This document shows positions 1 to 14,130 of a stretch of DNA of 64,000 nucleotides, piece by piece. Location: contig JAQGDQ010000175.1 of assembly GCA_030141605.1 (NCBI GenBank), positions 1 through 64,000 on the forward strand, written 5' to 3'. The first letter of the stretch is position 1. Each line of letters starts with the position of its first letter. The position numbers were made by a program, and so were the translations under genes. Source of the stretch: Tubiluchus corallicola (lineage: Eukaryota > Animalia > Priapulida). Under the pieces are notes generated by a model that ran no database searches, was not told where the DNA came from, and saw nothing but the letters and a program-made list of their open reading frames with translations.

Positions 1-1441
1 CTAATGTGTTTTTTCAAGGGACCATTTAATTGCACATGGGGACGCGCAGGTAAAGTGGCCTGGAAGAAGCGAACGTCGTCCAGGTTTTTTGTTTTTTAAA
101 TGTACTTGCGTTAGGTTACACATAAGCTGAAGTAAGTTGTGTTATTTGAGGCTTTGTGTTCCTGGTGCGTGACGTGGCTCCATGAGGGATAGTACGTGTT
201 TTGCACCCAAGACTCACTGTAGGCATAGCTATTGCCACTGTAGTGCTAGTAATAATTAGTTAACTAATTCCACAAATGATTCAGCACGTAGGGATTTTTT
301 ACTACAGTTTTTAGACTACACGTTGTTTTATTGCTTTGATTTACCGTGTTGCTATGAAATTTCTCTACTAATTTTAGGCTTGGCTGATGAGGATGGTAAA
401 AGATTATACCGAAACTTGCGGCTGCGTTTAATTTTCAAGAAAATCATTGTAGCACAAGATCATGCGTCCAAGACAATTACTTTTGGAAACGATTCAGAAC
501 CGTAAGAGTTTGCTGCATTTTGCAGAAGTTCATGAAAAAATGCTCTCATTAAGCAACGATTACACTATATTTGATAATTTTTATAGGTTTCTACTCCTCA
601 CACAACGGGCTTTCATGCAAAATTACACTTGAAGTGCACTTATTTACCTTAAACAAATTAAAAATCGATTTTCGACGATACAATTAAAAAAAGGTTTCGG
701 GTAACTGTTGTGTTTACACTCTAACAATGAACAGTATCACTTGTGTGAAATCGGCTAATGCAGAAAATTTCAACTGTCCAGACACAATACTCTGTTACAC
801 TCTGGCTTGAAGTCTGCTCTATTTTTAAGGCGAAATTCCTGTTAAAAGAGGAAAGGACCTTAATTTGTACTTGGCTGATCGATTGGTTTCTCCTGGAACT
901 CAGCACAGCAGACAGTTCTCTTGGGCTAGCAAGCAGGCGATCAAAAAAATAGTGTGTACAGTGACGCAGGTGTGCACCAGACTAAGCTACTCGATCGGCT
1001 AAGTTGGAGTGCCTGAATTAGGCATGTTTTTCTTAAATTTATCTAATTAAGTAACTTACAAATGCTTGAACAAATAGCATGATTGGATGCCGAGATTTTC
1101 CTGAATAGAACAGTACCTAATTTATAATCATTTAGTTATGTCTGTGCTCATACAGTAGCAGAGAAGTCAGATAAGACATATAAGGTCTTATAAGACATAT
1201 TTTGAGTGGTACGGTCCTATAGTTTTCATATAGTTAAATAGAGTGAATAACAACTTTGGAAAACAATAGTACATTCTTGAATATAAGATGCTATATATTG
1301 ATAGTATTAAACAATCTGCAAATATCATGGCTTGAGTAGAATATAGATGCATCCAATATTATGGTCGTATTTCAAGAGTAATTGCATTTTATATCCAATA
1401 ATGCTATACTATATTATATGTATATATGTATGTATATATTG

Positions 1442-1445
<4 letters not shown>

Positions 1446-1522
<77 letters not shown>
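1446..1522. repeat. Compound microsatellite (TA)n(GA)n
   Basis: Directly visible: TA run ~1446-1490, then AG run 1491-1522. Confidence 0.97.
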
Positions 1523-1523
<1 letters not shown>

Positions 1524-1531
1524 AATATTAC

Positions 1532-1644
1532 GGAAAATGTCGTATGGTATAAAATTATTTTACTAAAAGAAATATACTGAAATATAGCCTATATTTCAGT
1601 ATATTTCTTTTAGTAAAATAATTTTACACCATACGACATTTTCC
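1532..1644. repeat. Near-perfect 113-bp palindrome (56-bp arms, 1-nt centre)
   Basis: GGAAAATGTCGTATGG...GAAATATAG-C-CTATATTTC...CCATACGACATTTTCC, with one arm mismatch. A degenerate extra copy of the right arm follows at ~1649-1690. Confidence 0.92.
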
Positions 1645-2389
1645 ATTCTTTTCGTAAAATAATTTTGTACCTTGCGACATTTTCCGTAATGGTGATCTCT
1701 AATGGATGCTGATTCTGTTCTACGTTCAGTTCACTATGGGCTACTCATTATTAATATCTCACTCTGAATTGTTGTCCAGCGTAATGGTAGCTTAATTAGA
1801 TGTAAGTTCCGTGCGCTGGGGAATGTAATATGACCAGTCATTTGTTATGTAGCGTGAATTATACATGCTTGTTATTAACTACTCGCGGGCCTGTAATATA
1901 AGAGATTCCGAATTGAAGTTATTTAGGCCTAATGATGATTTGTATGGTTTTTTTCTGTATATATTCTGGTTTTATGTTTACAGTTAATTATATAAATGTG
2001 TTTTGGGATAATATTTGCACATAATGTTGTATCTACTGAAACTCATTATACAGATCGCTTGAAATCGCTAAAGTGGGGCAGTTGAGTAGATGATCGATGA
2101 TGATTGACTAGATGATCGATGATCGGGTCGGTTTTAGGTAGCTTGATGCCATAGGTAAAAGTATTTTTAGCCGCAACTGTCAATCCTTTCCCCATGGTCG
2201 CCACTAACCCACGAATTTTTCTTGCATGAAATAAAAGTATAATGGTACATGTGCGTTAGGCTTTTACACGTTCTATAATGTACTAATTAAATGTAGTTAA
2301 TTACCGAATCTACAGCTAGTATTGATTTCATTTGAAATTGAACGTGTGACCTCATTGTAGTCTTGGGTCTTCAGGAGCAATCGAAATGG

Positions 2390-2482
2390 CTGCTGTGCAC
2401 TCTTCGTGTAAATTTTCCGTCAGCCTTTTGCCCTTTTCATGTAAAATTTAAATCCGAACTCCTATTTTTCGCGTACATCCAT
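2390..2482 (-). mobile_element. Possible decayed mariner transposase N-terminal fragment
   Basis: The minus strand reads MDVREK* and, after a frameshift, FLHEKGKRLTE. This resembles the first helix-turn-helix of mariner transposases but is short and disrupted. Confidence 0.25.
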
Positions 2483-5400
2483 TTCATTAGTCCCAACATC
2501 TTTACAACCGTCACCCTGATCTGGTTGCAAATACTTCATTAGCAAATATTTTTGCTGGTCGGTGTCCGCCAGCTTTTTTTACTGTTCGTTTCCTGCATTA
2601 CGCTCATGCAGGCTTCGAGTGTTATAGGTTTATCTACCACGATTAGACAAAATGCTAATGCAAGAAACTTTTTCTTATTAACGGAAGTAGGTGTTACTTT
2701 ATCGGCTGTCTATGCATACAATAGACATGCACTGACGTAATTAAATTATTACGAAGTTGGGTAAAGCAAAAGTAGGAAGAGTTTGCTGCGGGAAGAGAGC
2801 TTCCTGTTAGCGTTGATGAATGGCGGGCTTATTTGGACAGAAAAGTAACGCAAGTACATGTAGTTTGCTTCATTAAAACATCTTTCATAACTAAAGCTAA
2901 AAAAATTGGTCTTGAAATTTTATATCACTTTAATACGGAGCTTGCATTAACAGTAACGCTAGATACAAATTTAAACTCATTCAATGACCGTTAGGCGCAA
3001 CCATTTCGACGGTAAGTAGTTTGAAACAAGTTTATACAACATAGCATAAAATTTGAAAAAAGAATCACAGCATTCGTAGCACACTCGTCACTAACCAAGA
3101 AAAAGCATAAAATACTTTATTCTGTCAGTAAGATCAATAATATGTTTTTTGGTGAACAAATTGTACACACTGGAATGCAGTGCTGCTTTACCAGGTGGCG
3201 CGTTTTTTAAATTTTCTTTTCCAATTACATAAGTCTTTCAAACAGCTAACTGTAATATAACTAAGTGATATAACTTTGTATGAAACGGTTTTTGACATAC
3301 CTTAAAATTCGCTTTTCCTCCCCTATGTTAAAGTGTTGTACTTTTAAGCAGTTACACATACACTATGTTATTAATTATGCTAAAGCTAAACTTAAACATT
3401 AAAGAATTACTTCCAGAATTGGCGCCCTAGGCAACTGCATAAATGTTATTTTGAAACTGTCTGTCTTTTTTGGTATTTTGTCTAAAACTAATTATAACTG
3501 AGGCATGTATTAAGTGATTATGATCAAGAAATATTTTCTTATTTGTACTTCGGATCTGTTTATTGTTGCGAAAGCGCCAAATAAGGATTTACAGCGCGTT
3601 CAGGCTAAAGAGTTTTCTCTCAAGAGTTCTTTGTGAGAGTTCTTCGCGATAACTTGCTGAGAGAACACGCAAAGCCGTTCACATTTGCAAATTTACTCTG
3701 AGAGAGAACCCTCGAGACAAAGCTTTCTAGTTAGGGAAAAATTCCGCTTATCTTGTGATATTTTGCATTAGTAACTTCTGGCATTTTTTCAAATGGTAGA
3801 CAAACCGACGATTGTGCAAACTGAAAAGATGGGTTACTGTGATCTCTTGTCTTTTGTGTTCTCATTTTCCGATCAATTTCTATATAGAGAGCAAAACGAA
3901 TATAACGAATTTTGTAATATCTGGATTATATTAAGACCGTAAATGATTCCTAGTATGGAAGGTTGATTCCAGAAATACTACTATAATTTTGCATAATTTG
4001 ATATTTTGACTACTCATTATAAAGACAAATTTATCATTGTCGTTTGGCATGGCAGAAAGTATAAGGAACAGATTTTCTATATTGTTAAAAAGTATTAGTC
4101 GATTAAGGTCACAAATTCGCTCACACACAGGTATTTTATAAGGTTTATGATACCTGCCTGATTTGATGACCAGTTTATGAGCGCTTGTAAATGCTAAATT
4201 TGATACAGTTTATAATAGATTTCCCTGTTATCGTTGTAGAGCTCTCTGCTCTCGTAGCCTCTACCACCTAGCGCTAGTGACCATCAATTAAACACTCCTT
4301 TTTTCATAAAAGCCATGTATTTAAGTATATTTTTATAGTGTTTCGTTAGGTATACAGTCGAGCAAATCGCTTTTAATGCAGACACTTGGTAGGAACATTA
4401 ATGTTCATTATTGCTCTTCGGACAAAAGTCGGAATCATGAAGAAATATAATACCCGTTTTTCTGGAAAAGAAAGGTCCTGAGTGGGTTTACTGGGTAAAA
4501 CTTTAAAAACTCTCTTGTTTACACAACTGGCGGTTTAGAAGTTTGTAAAAGCAAATCTCGTGTTTCTGCCCTTCGCTGGCTGGCAATCTGCGTGCCCAAG
4601 GCAAGTCAGCTGGCTGACCACTTCCATGTGTACAGTCATCTTTGCCATGTATAAAGTTTGGAAGTTGGAAGTCTGCTCATTGCTGCGCGCGCTTCTGAGA
4701 TTTTTGTAAACATTTGAATTATTATATATTATTACGTGTGAAAGGACGCATAGGTGGAAAGTGCGTGCATTATTGATTATTAGTTTGTTGGTATATAAGT
4801 TAATTGATACCTCGGTTGTTAATTTGTACGGTGGTGAATAGTATGTTGGCTTGAAAGTTGAGATGTGGTATCCGACCGAGAGATGACTTTTTGACTGACT
4901 TTTTTTTTACATTATAATGATTACATGTGACACTAGTTATCGCCGTTATTGGACACCATTCATAATCGATTGAGAAATTAAACGTAGGTCTGTTCATTCA
5001 CTGGAGCAAAATTCTCCTTATACTTTTCCTCATCTGATATGCACAGAAATTGAATTTTCCAAATCTCAAAGGGGAAGGCATTAATATCCAGATATTAAAA
5101 GTGATGTCTTGACATTCGTCTTTTAAAATGATCGGTAATCGATAGGTAAATCCATGTGAAATTTGATCTGGCAAAAGCTGCCGAGTCAAGGTCTGTAATT
5201 AGTTTTCTTTAAATTTGCATAAAAGACACCAAACGATTTGCCGTTGCGTGGGCTGATCTTGACATGTGCTTGAATATAATTATAATTCGTGCTTACACAC
5301 ACACAAACTTTATTTCTCATTACCTACTCATGTTCTCTGTTAACTGCACTTCAGCGTAGTTACACAACCAAACTTCCTATAGGTTTTTTTTGGAAAGGAA

Positions 5401-7899
5401 TGTCCACTCACTCCCATTGCGCTTTTTGCGCAGTCATTATTAGGCGACGTAGCCCGGTGCCATGATTGCACTGGCGAGTAAATTAATGCTTTGATTCGCA
5501 CAAGAATTTTAGTCAGGCGCATTTGCTGGAATGGAGCCTGGCTCCGTTTTGGCTTCTAGCTTTCTAATTCTAATTCCAAGACAAAGATAAATGAAAAAAG
5601 AAACGTCAATAAAAGAATCAGAAATTTTCTTGTTGGCCGAGTGTGTTAGTGTGTGCAAGTACAGTTCCATTGGGTTTCAATTTTGTTGTCTCTGGTGGCG
5701 CTGTGTAATGTACACCTAGAGCTAAAGCGTTAGTGTCGGTCATTATTTATGGATATCTTCGTTTCAGATGCGTTTTCTTGTTTTAGCCTTTGTAATCCCA
5801 TATTGTTTAATTTTATATGACTATCATCATACAGTAATAGTAATGTTGCAATTTATATAAGCTGTAAACGTGTTCGTGTTGACAGAATATTACTTCGTAG
5901 TCATAATTCTAAGGCCAGAGAGTACCTTTTAAAATTTAACAGTTCCATGAAGCAGCTTATGGCGCTGAGGCTTGCGTGTGTGTGAAAATATCAACATTAA
6001 GGCAAATAACCTTCTTGTAGGGGGTATAATGTCGCTAACGCCAACTGTTATGTCGCCACTTTTCCAGTTAGATATTTTTAGTGTGGGATGACATATGCGC
6101 TTATTTCCACCCAGCAGCCATGATATCAGAACAGGCATAGATGTTATCATTACGGGGGCATTTAGCAGAGGGCATTTTACTATTTCGACTGACAAGACGT
6201 AAGATGAAAAATAAGGAGCATACAAAATTTAATAACAATCGTAGAAACTGGTTTGCATAACAAAGCAAAGGCAGTTAGTAGGGGGAGCCATTCGTTGATC
6301 TGCCTGCCAAATACGAGCTAGCTAGCTGGGTGCAGTCATAGAATACCGGCTACATTTCCTACAGCGCACATTCAGCTTCCTGCGTTATTAACAGTTAGCA
6401 TAGTAGTTCCAGAGGGCTAGTTAACACGAACGTAATACTGGCGATCGTTCAGAGTGCTCGAGGACTTACAGTGCAAATGTTACCGCCATACCTTCGTTAC
6501 CATAATGTCCACTCACTACCTGGTCAAACTGCAGTATTGAACCACTGGACCACAGATCGTCCATAGAATGACATTGCTCTCTAGTGGCCTTTTAGTAAGC
6601 ATAGACAATGACATTGATGTTGTGACAGACTGAAACGTAAAGTCCTCATTTTACGCGACTACCTGTCCAGGCCACATGCAAAGAGAGAGAGAAAGAAATC
6701 TTTCACAACACAGTTAAGGTCACTGTCGACATTACTACGCATGCGTCAGGTATCGGAGCCCGAGATTTTGGCAGGTGGGCAGGCAACTTCACTTTTGCAC
6801 AAGGGTGTGTTAGTAGGCCCTTAACACCTAGACAACAGCGATTATCTGTAATAACTTTGCGTGAAAGTTGTGAAACATAACATAAAGTATTCTAGACAAA
6901 TAAAAACTGCATGTAACAAAAAAATGTGAAAATCCTTTGTGCCATTTACGCGCTCCCATGCGTTGCTGACCATGTGCTGCAGCGTGCCCGCAAATGTGGT
7001 GTAGCCATCATCAGAATCAGAATGGCCTCAGAAAAGTTTTAGGTTAATGTCAGTTTAGATCACCACAATATAGCGACTAAAATGGCGCCCGAAATTGCGC
7101 TTTTCGGACATTTTACTATAATTATATTATCGCCCAATATGTCTTTTTAGAAGTTTTAGGAGTCACAGATTCGGTTATTGACGCCCCCAATAACGACATC
7201 CTATATGGCGGCCAATATGGGGTTCAACGCGGTTTGACTCAGCTATGTAGTAATGAAAATCAGCAACAAGATTTATAGAATCAGGAACTGTATTTATATG
7301 CTTCGGGTTTGGCGTTTGTATTTGTGCATGACTGTATGAATGATGTTGGCAGGTTTGACTTGCGACCATAATATTGTAACGATAAGCGGATGGTGCTGAT
7401 ACGCCGATTGTCGCATAGATAAGAAGAAAACGTAAAACAACAGTAGTAAGAGTAAAATTACTGAACTAAGTAACACGCCAGACGTCTACCCCATCGTACT
7501 CCATGCCAGTTGTCATTGCGGAACAGGTACTGAGATGGAAGACGCACCTGCCGTCAGCCCAACGAACCGACGAGGCCATTCCATACCAGCTACTTTTAGC
7601 TGCTATGCGACGCTGATATGCAATGGCTTCGTAATGGATGAAACCATCACAATGTAGAGGGGGTGGATCGAAAATAAAGGGCATTTCGCTTTCGTAACAA
7701 TATTAAAACTAAAATTTCTATTAAAATTAACACCCGCCTCAAGTACATCACATGTCTAAACTATCTTGCACCAAAAATTGTTTCATTTCTTGAAATGACT
7801 GTTGTAGCGTTACAGTGGTAAAGAATATTATAGCAATTTACTTGTAAGTCACAAGTAAGATATCAAAGTAACCTGGAAATTTCTTAATAGGTTTATAAA

Positions 7900-8563
7900 A
7901 TTATATTGCATACATATTGCAGTATTGTAAGGGGTTGTGCATATGCTTCTACTTTGAACAGGTCAAACGTTAATTAGAATTATTACTGATACGGATTTCA
8001 GAGCTTATACAAAAACATTTAAGCAGCTTAATATTTTAAAAGTTGATGATATTGTATGTATGAAAGTTGCGTGTTTTATTCACAAACATTTTAATGGTAT
8101 GCTTCCTAATGTTTTTGGTACATTTACACTCTTTATTTACACTAAACAAAACGCTTTATACCTACAAATATATACATTACTAGCCAGTTCAGTGAGTACC
8201 ATAATACCAAAAGTAATAACTGGCTTTATGAAACATTTTATTGGTTATCAGGGCCCTGTTTCATGGAACGAACAGTGATGTGATGTGAAAAAAGTAAATC
8301 ACACTCGTGTTTTATAATGAAAATGGGAATTATATTATAATATTTCTGTAATGCTTTTTTACTCTCATTATTGGAACGTTTTTTATTTATTTTAGTGAAT
8401 TTGGCCTTATAAGTCTGGCGACTTCTTGGCCAACCATAATATCATGATAATGATGTAAAGTATTTTATTTATCAGAACTGTATTTTTTGTGCTAATGTAA
8501 ATTCTGTATTATATGACTGTAATGTTTTTATGGCAATAAACTTAAACTTGAACTTAAACTTAA
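7900..8563 (+). mobile_element. 3' fragment of a CR1/L2-group LINE
   Basis: Broken translation LIRIITDTDFRAY..FKQLNILKVDDIVCMKVACFIHKHFNGMLPNVF...YQGPVSWN matches the C-terminus of L2/Crack-type ORF2. It ends in GGCAATAAA plus an (ACTTAA/ACTTGA)n tail at 8532-8563. Confidence 0.75.
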
Positions 8564-8689
8564 AAAATAACCACAAAGTTTTGTCATGTGTTGTCCTGAT
8601 AGTTCTCATTTAGATAGTCGTAAGAATAACTGATAGAACCTAAAAATCGCAAATGGGTTTAACATATTTCGTAAATGTTAGGCCAAGCT

Positions 8690-10480
8690 TAGCTAATACA
8701 AATCAGAAATTCGTATAACGGTATGACAATTTTTGACTACATGAGCCAGTTAAGTAATCAAACGATGCTTATTACTAATGTTGATGAAAAAGAAGTTGTA
8801 GATGTCTGTCTGAACTTTAAAAATAAAAAGTCACTTTATGCTTAGATATAGACATGACTTAGGCATGTCTTTTATTAGAAAACAATCGACTGTTTTGCTA
8901 GCTGATTTACGGAAATTTGTAATCAGTCGTTTTTAACATGAACATTTCTTGGACTTATGAAAGTTACGAAAGTGATTCATTTGTTTAAAGCTGGAGAAAA
9001 GACAAGTTTAACAATTATAGGCTAATATCTTTGTTACTGCAGCTGTCTAAATTCTTTGACTATTCAGAAAACGTTTAGAAACATTTTTTAGATAAATGCT
9101 TTTTATAAATTGATAGCCAGTATGGCTTTAGAGCTGGACGTTCTGCAGCAATGGTGGAGTGTGAGCTAGTTGAAGCAGTAACTACTGCTATGGATGAGTA
9201 ATTGGTTACTATAATTGTCGTCTTTATAGATTTCAAAAGGCTTTCGACATCATTGATCACAAACTATTAATAAAGAAGCTTGTAGTTTAAGAGGCATTGC
9301 AAATGAAAATGGCTTATAAGTTATTTAAAAACTAGACAATAGTTTGTTAAAACTGGCGAAAAATAAATGAAAATATGTAAAATATATTGTGCAGTGTTCC
9401 AAAGTTATTTGAAAATGATACGGGTGTTTATTGTTCAGGGAGTAATTTACAGTAGTTGTGTACTACAGTAAGTCTGAAACTAGAACTGTTTTGCATTTAA
9501 CACACTGTCACTTCATCTTAGTAAAACAAATTTTATGTTATTTGGCAATTTGGCTATTAATAATATCTTTGTTAATCAAATATGCATTAAAATAATGCAT
9601 TCTAATAAATTTCTGTGCGTAACTGTGGATGACAAGCTTTCAAGGAAAGGCCACATCAAATTAATCACGTCAAAATTATCGAAATGAATAGCTGTTATGT
9701 ATAAAAAGCATGTATATTCTAGATCCTTAGGCATTGCAAATTCTTTACTTTTCGTTAAGTCACTCACATATGGAATATTGTTTAGAAATGTGGGACAACG
9801 TTTATTTGTTGAATGTGCTACCTTTGCACGTAATGCAGAAAAAACTATTTGAATTATATATAATGCTGATTATCACGATCATGCCTGTTAAATGTAATGT
9901 TTCAAAACTTAAAAATACTGAAAGCAAATGATTTATTAGATATGTTAGATATGTAAACAGCAATGGTTATGTTCAGAGCAAAATATGGAACATTACCAGT
10001 GAAGCAGCGGAGACTATTCTTTTAAATAAATATTAATCTTCAAAAACGTTCTTACTAATTTGATAATTTTAAAGTACGTAAAGTAAGAACTACATTAAAG
10101 AAAATATGTATTTGTTTATTCTAGCCTAAATTGTGGAACAGGCATACTTGCATACCCAAATAAAGGAAAATAAAAATATATATGTACAGCGTATTTAAAA
10201 GTACTTAAAAGAATTGTGATAAACAGCCATGCGTGAAATTGTGTGTTTTTAATGTATTTTATTTTGTTCTTAAGCGAAAATGTGATGTTTATTTTTTATG
10301 AATCTGAGTTCATTTTTTAAGTGAAATAGTCACATTATATAATGAATTAAATTTGTGTAATTTTATGTATAATGTGTGAGAATATTTTATGTGTACAGTG
10401 GATGGATTCTACAAGGTAAAACTTCTTCAGCCCTTCCTATTATAGGCCTGCACAATGTAAATGTTGTAATTAGGCGATGT
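8690..10480 (+). mobile_element. Heavily decayed CR1/L2-group LINE (RT region to 3' UTR)
   Basis: Colinear broken RT motifs with many stops and frameshifts: MKVTKVIHLFKAGEK..FNNYRLISLL (~8957-9037), SQYGFR (~9115), VFIDFK..FDIIDH (~9220), DDKLS.KGHI (~9628), LYFSLSHSHMEYCLEMW (ORF 9734). Ends are approximate. Confidence 0.8.
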
Positions 10481-11832
10481 ATATTTTTAAACTTGATGGT
10501 TTTTAATGTTTTAAATTTTGATTGCAATGCTTAAGGAACGTGGGGCGTTCGCGCTTCCTTGACAGGCTCGTGACTGCGGCGGCGCCGTAGACCGCCTTAT
10601 ACCATGTACCGAACTGCTGTTGTACACATCAAGGTACACAGAGAGGCAGTATGCGGTTCTGAGATGCATGGTGAGGCAGTACAACCAAGGCTGTACACTG
10701 AATGCCGAGCAAGCGCAAATGTGTTTGTTTATTTTCAGCTTCTTAGGAACAAAACTAACTTCCATGATTTTTCTCATTAGCCATGTCACCCAGGTCTTCA
10801 AACACAGTACATTTGTTATCAATTATTAATCGTTTGCGAAAATGAGAAACACGTGAAGGCGTAGAGACGTAGAGGTGCTTGAAAATATACCATTGTGAGA
10901 CTGCGAGAGTACATAATGTACATAGCGAGAGTACAGCGGAATGGGAATTAGTTTTTAGTGGCATTTTTGATACTTAGTGGCAATGTTGCACCCGGCTTCT
11001 CTACTGACGTAGATACATATTTCCGACGCAAGCACCTAATCCTTCTTTAATTACGTTTTTCTGAAGTAGGTGACATCTAACCGCAACCAAACATACAATT
11101 TTTCATCCAGTACCTCGAGAATCTGTACGTAATTGGATCTGTAGAAAACAAACCGCGCTTTACAAACCTGCTCTTGTATACGATTATTAATGCCTATAAT
11201 TTTTCGTTTGTCTGCACTGCCATTTGGACATATGATTGACCAACGCGATGCAGTCATTTTATGTAAATGGATCCTGTGTAGCGTGTAATTTGGTGTCACA
11301 ACTATAGTCTTGCTGCATTAGAAACCAATGTGCTCTTCATTTACTTACTGTTGTGCATCACGATTGAAGCCCTGGATTTAGAGCTGCGCCCGCATGAGCC
11401 TTCTCTACAGGCAATTACGGAAATGGGTTATACGAACTCACCCAGTAATTTTCACCTATAACACCGCAGACATCTGATAACACATAATTGGAGGGAGAAG
11501 TGTCGAATGTGTTATTGTATGAGAGTTTATAATTCCCTTGAATCACTGAGCTCAGGTTGGCGGTGATTATTGGAAGCTTTGCTGTACTGATGCGATGAGA
11601 GCCATTAAGCTTGGTGACTTACGATATCATGTTCACGTCATGCTTTTCCATTATCTTTCATTTTTACACGTTCAGTGGAACACAATATTTTGTTAAGCAG
11701 TAGTTGTAACCAAACCAATTAAACTAACTGTGATTGCGGGCTTTCTACTATAATGGCAGTGTTTTGAAATGCTATTCGTATGTTCTGTCTACCTGATCAT
11801 GTTTTAGCTGGCAGATCCTCTCTTGTTACAAT

Positions 11833-12192
11833 CGGGGCCGGATTATGACCTTTTCGGGACCCTAGGCTAATGGATTATGTCCCCCAGACGGAACCACCCT
11901 TAACTCGCCCTCACCCGTCTTGAATATTTCTTATTCGTGATATATTTTAGCAGCATTTACACAGATTGAAGTAAACTTGTTGCAAATTCTTTAAATTAAC
12001 TAGAATAGCTATCTTTTGTTATCAATAAAATATTCTTTAAGAAATACCGTATTTTACTATTTGTTGCAAATCAAGTTAACGCATATCTCAACACAAACGA
12101 AGTGCACAGCAGATTTTTTACGCACTGTGTTACCTAAGCTTGAGGGGCCCTAGGCTGCAGCCTATACTAGCTTATAAACTTATTCTGGTTAT
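11833..12192. mobile_element. hAT-like MITE relic
   Basis: Left end GGGGCCGGATTATGACC resembles CAGGGCCGGATT-type hAT TIRs. CCCTAGGC recurs near both ends (11860, 12148). The right TIR is degenerate. Confidence 0.4.
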
Positions 12193-13904
12193 AATGTCAT
12201 TTCCTCGTTCGTTTAATAGTTTTTCTGGTAGTCTTGAGCAGTATATTTCTTACTAGTGTTAAACGTCTTAAACTGTCTTACGGTTTTTGAAGAATTTGTT
12301 ATTTCTGCAGTGAATCAACATTTCTTGCTAAAGCCCTCACGCTCTACACTTTACAGTATAAATTTGTCGCAAATTCTAATCGCAATTTTAACTGCGTGAT
12401 TCTAATATTCAATTAATTATTGTAATATAATATTGTATCATTGCGTTATGTAACGATGACACCATTTTTATACCTCACGCGCGAGCTTGGATCTATAATG
12501 TAATGTGAATTGTATTGTATTACAATGGATCGTCAACATATTTATTGTTTATTATCATGAGTTGCCGTTACTAGTTTAAGCTTTTGCTTAATCATTATAT
12601 CTGCTGGTAGCGATTCAGCTATGTAATGCAATTACAATTGAGAATTCGTAAAAAGTAAAAACACTTCATTTCATTTTTCCTTTAATTTCTCGCCTTTAAA
12701 TGCCAATTGCCATTTTCGTTGGTTTATGCATGATTGTTTTACTATGTTATTCTTGTCTGTATACTAATTAGTCATAATGTTTTATTATTTGCTATTTTTT
12801 CTAATTGCATTTTCCTCTCATTAGACTTCTGTGATTTTAAAATAAATTTTTTCGAGGTTTTATCGTGCTAGAACAAGTCGTTTAATCTTGCTGATCATAT
12901 TGGTTCGATGCATCCACAATTCCACGTTATTATTATTACTATTTTTTCAGTAACTGTAGGTCTCCCTATCTGGCAACGTTGAACGACAATAAAATAAAGA
13001 AATTGTCGGAAAATTAAACTTGAAAAAATCAAGCAGAATGCAAAAACATTTTCAGCATCATATTTAGGCCTATCAAGTTTTTCGTTCATGAAAACAGGAT
13101 GATTTTTCATATGCTGCTTTATTTTCAAGTGCAGTAAAAAGTATATGTTTTAAGACCTGTAATAATGCTAAAGTGTTTTTGGTAATCATATAATAACTTG
13201 AAAACTTAATGAGTGTCTTGCGAAGAGCAGCAAACGATGACGTCAGAACTGAACATGATTTTGCAACAGCACAAATATTTCATGACCGTGTTGCATGTTT
13301 GCCAAAGCGAAAATTGAAAACAGCGGAACTGTTCAACATTCAGTGTGAAACACAAAAACTCGGCGAATTTATGTGTAAAAATTTAAATTTTCAAATTTAC
13401 CGCTGTGTCTTCAATCTCGTGCGATTTCACCACATATGTGTGTTACGTCAGAACTGAACTGAGAGGTACTGCGCCTGTTTTTGTGCAACGCAGTTCCGAT
13501 GTGCAAGCGCTGTGTCCATCTAACTAGCGAATCGCAAAACGCATGTAACAGAACGCGAACGTGAAATTAAACTTCCGTGATAATTCACGTAATCAATATT
13601 CTCTTTCCTTAATTTTACTCGTTAGATTATTTTGAGCTGTAGTTCAAAATTGTGTCTTTTTCCTTTTTAACTAAATCTTAGTCAAGCTTATAAAATTGAC
13701 AGAAAATTCAATGAAAACATTTAGACTATACTGCATGTCTGAGGAGGAACATTTTTAATGTAAACTTAGGCCTATGTGTTACTTCGTGAACAGGCGCAGC
13801 GTGTCTGTTTGGCCTGTCAAGGCGGATTCTGGGACTGCTAGAAAAATTCGCTACGTCATACAAAATTTTTGCCTGACGTCAGAGATCGTGCTCTAATTGT
13901 ATAT

Positions 13905-14130
13905 TGCATAGCAGTCCCTGGAACTGTGTGTGCGTGTGCGTGCGTGCGTGTGTAAATGCCCCATAAACTCTCTGCACATCTAAATTCATTGAATAACTGT
14001 CCCGGGGACTGTGTGTAGATGTACTAAATGTATATAGTCCATGTACTATGGCATGACAGTCCCCAGAACTGTCTGAACATCTAAATTCATCGCCTTACAG
14101 TCCCTGGGTCAGAGTGTAGGTGTATATATG
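13905..14130. repeat. Degenerate ~102-bp tandem repeat with CAGTCCC/GGGACTG motifs
   Basis: ACATCTAAATTCAT at ~13976 and ~14078; CAGTCCC-like motifs at ~13912, 13997, 14057 and 14098. Confidence 0.55.

Noticed and set aside
1347-1580. 77-aa ORF with YIYI/RERE runs
   Set aside because: Translation of the (TA)n(GA)n microsatellite.
3188-3203. CTCF-like motif ACCAGGTGGCGC (similar ones near 5691, 6575, 22272 and 51137)
   Set aside because: Partial matches, expected by chance or within repeats in 64 kb; no independent support.
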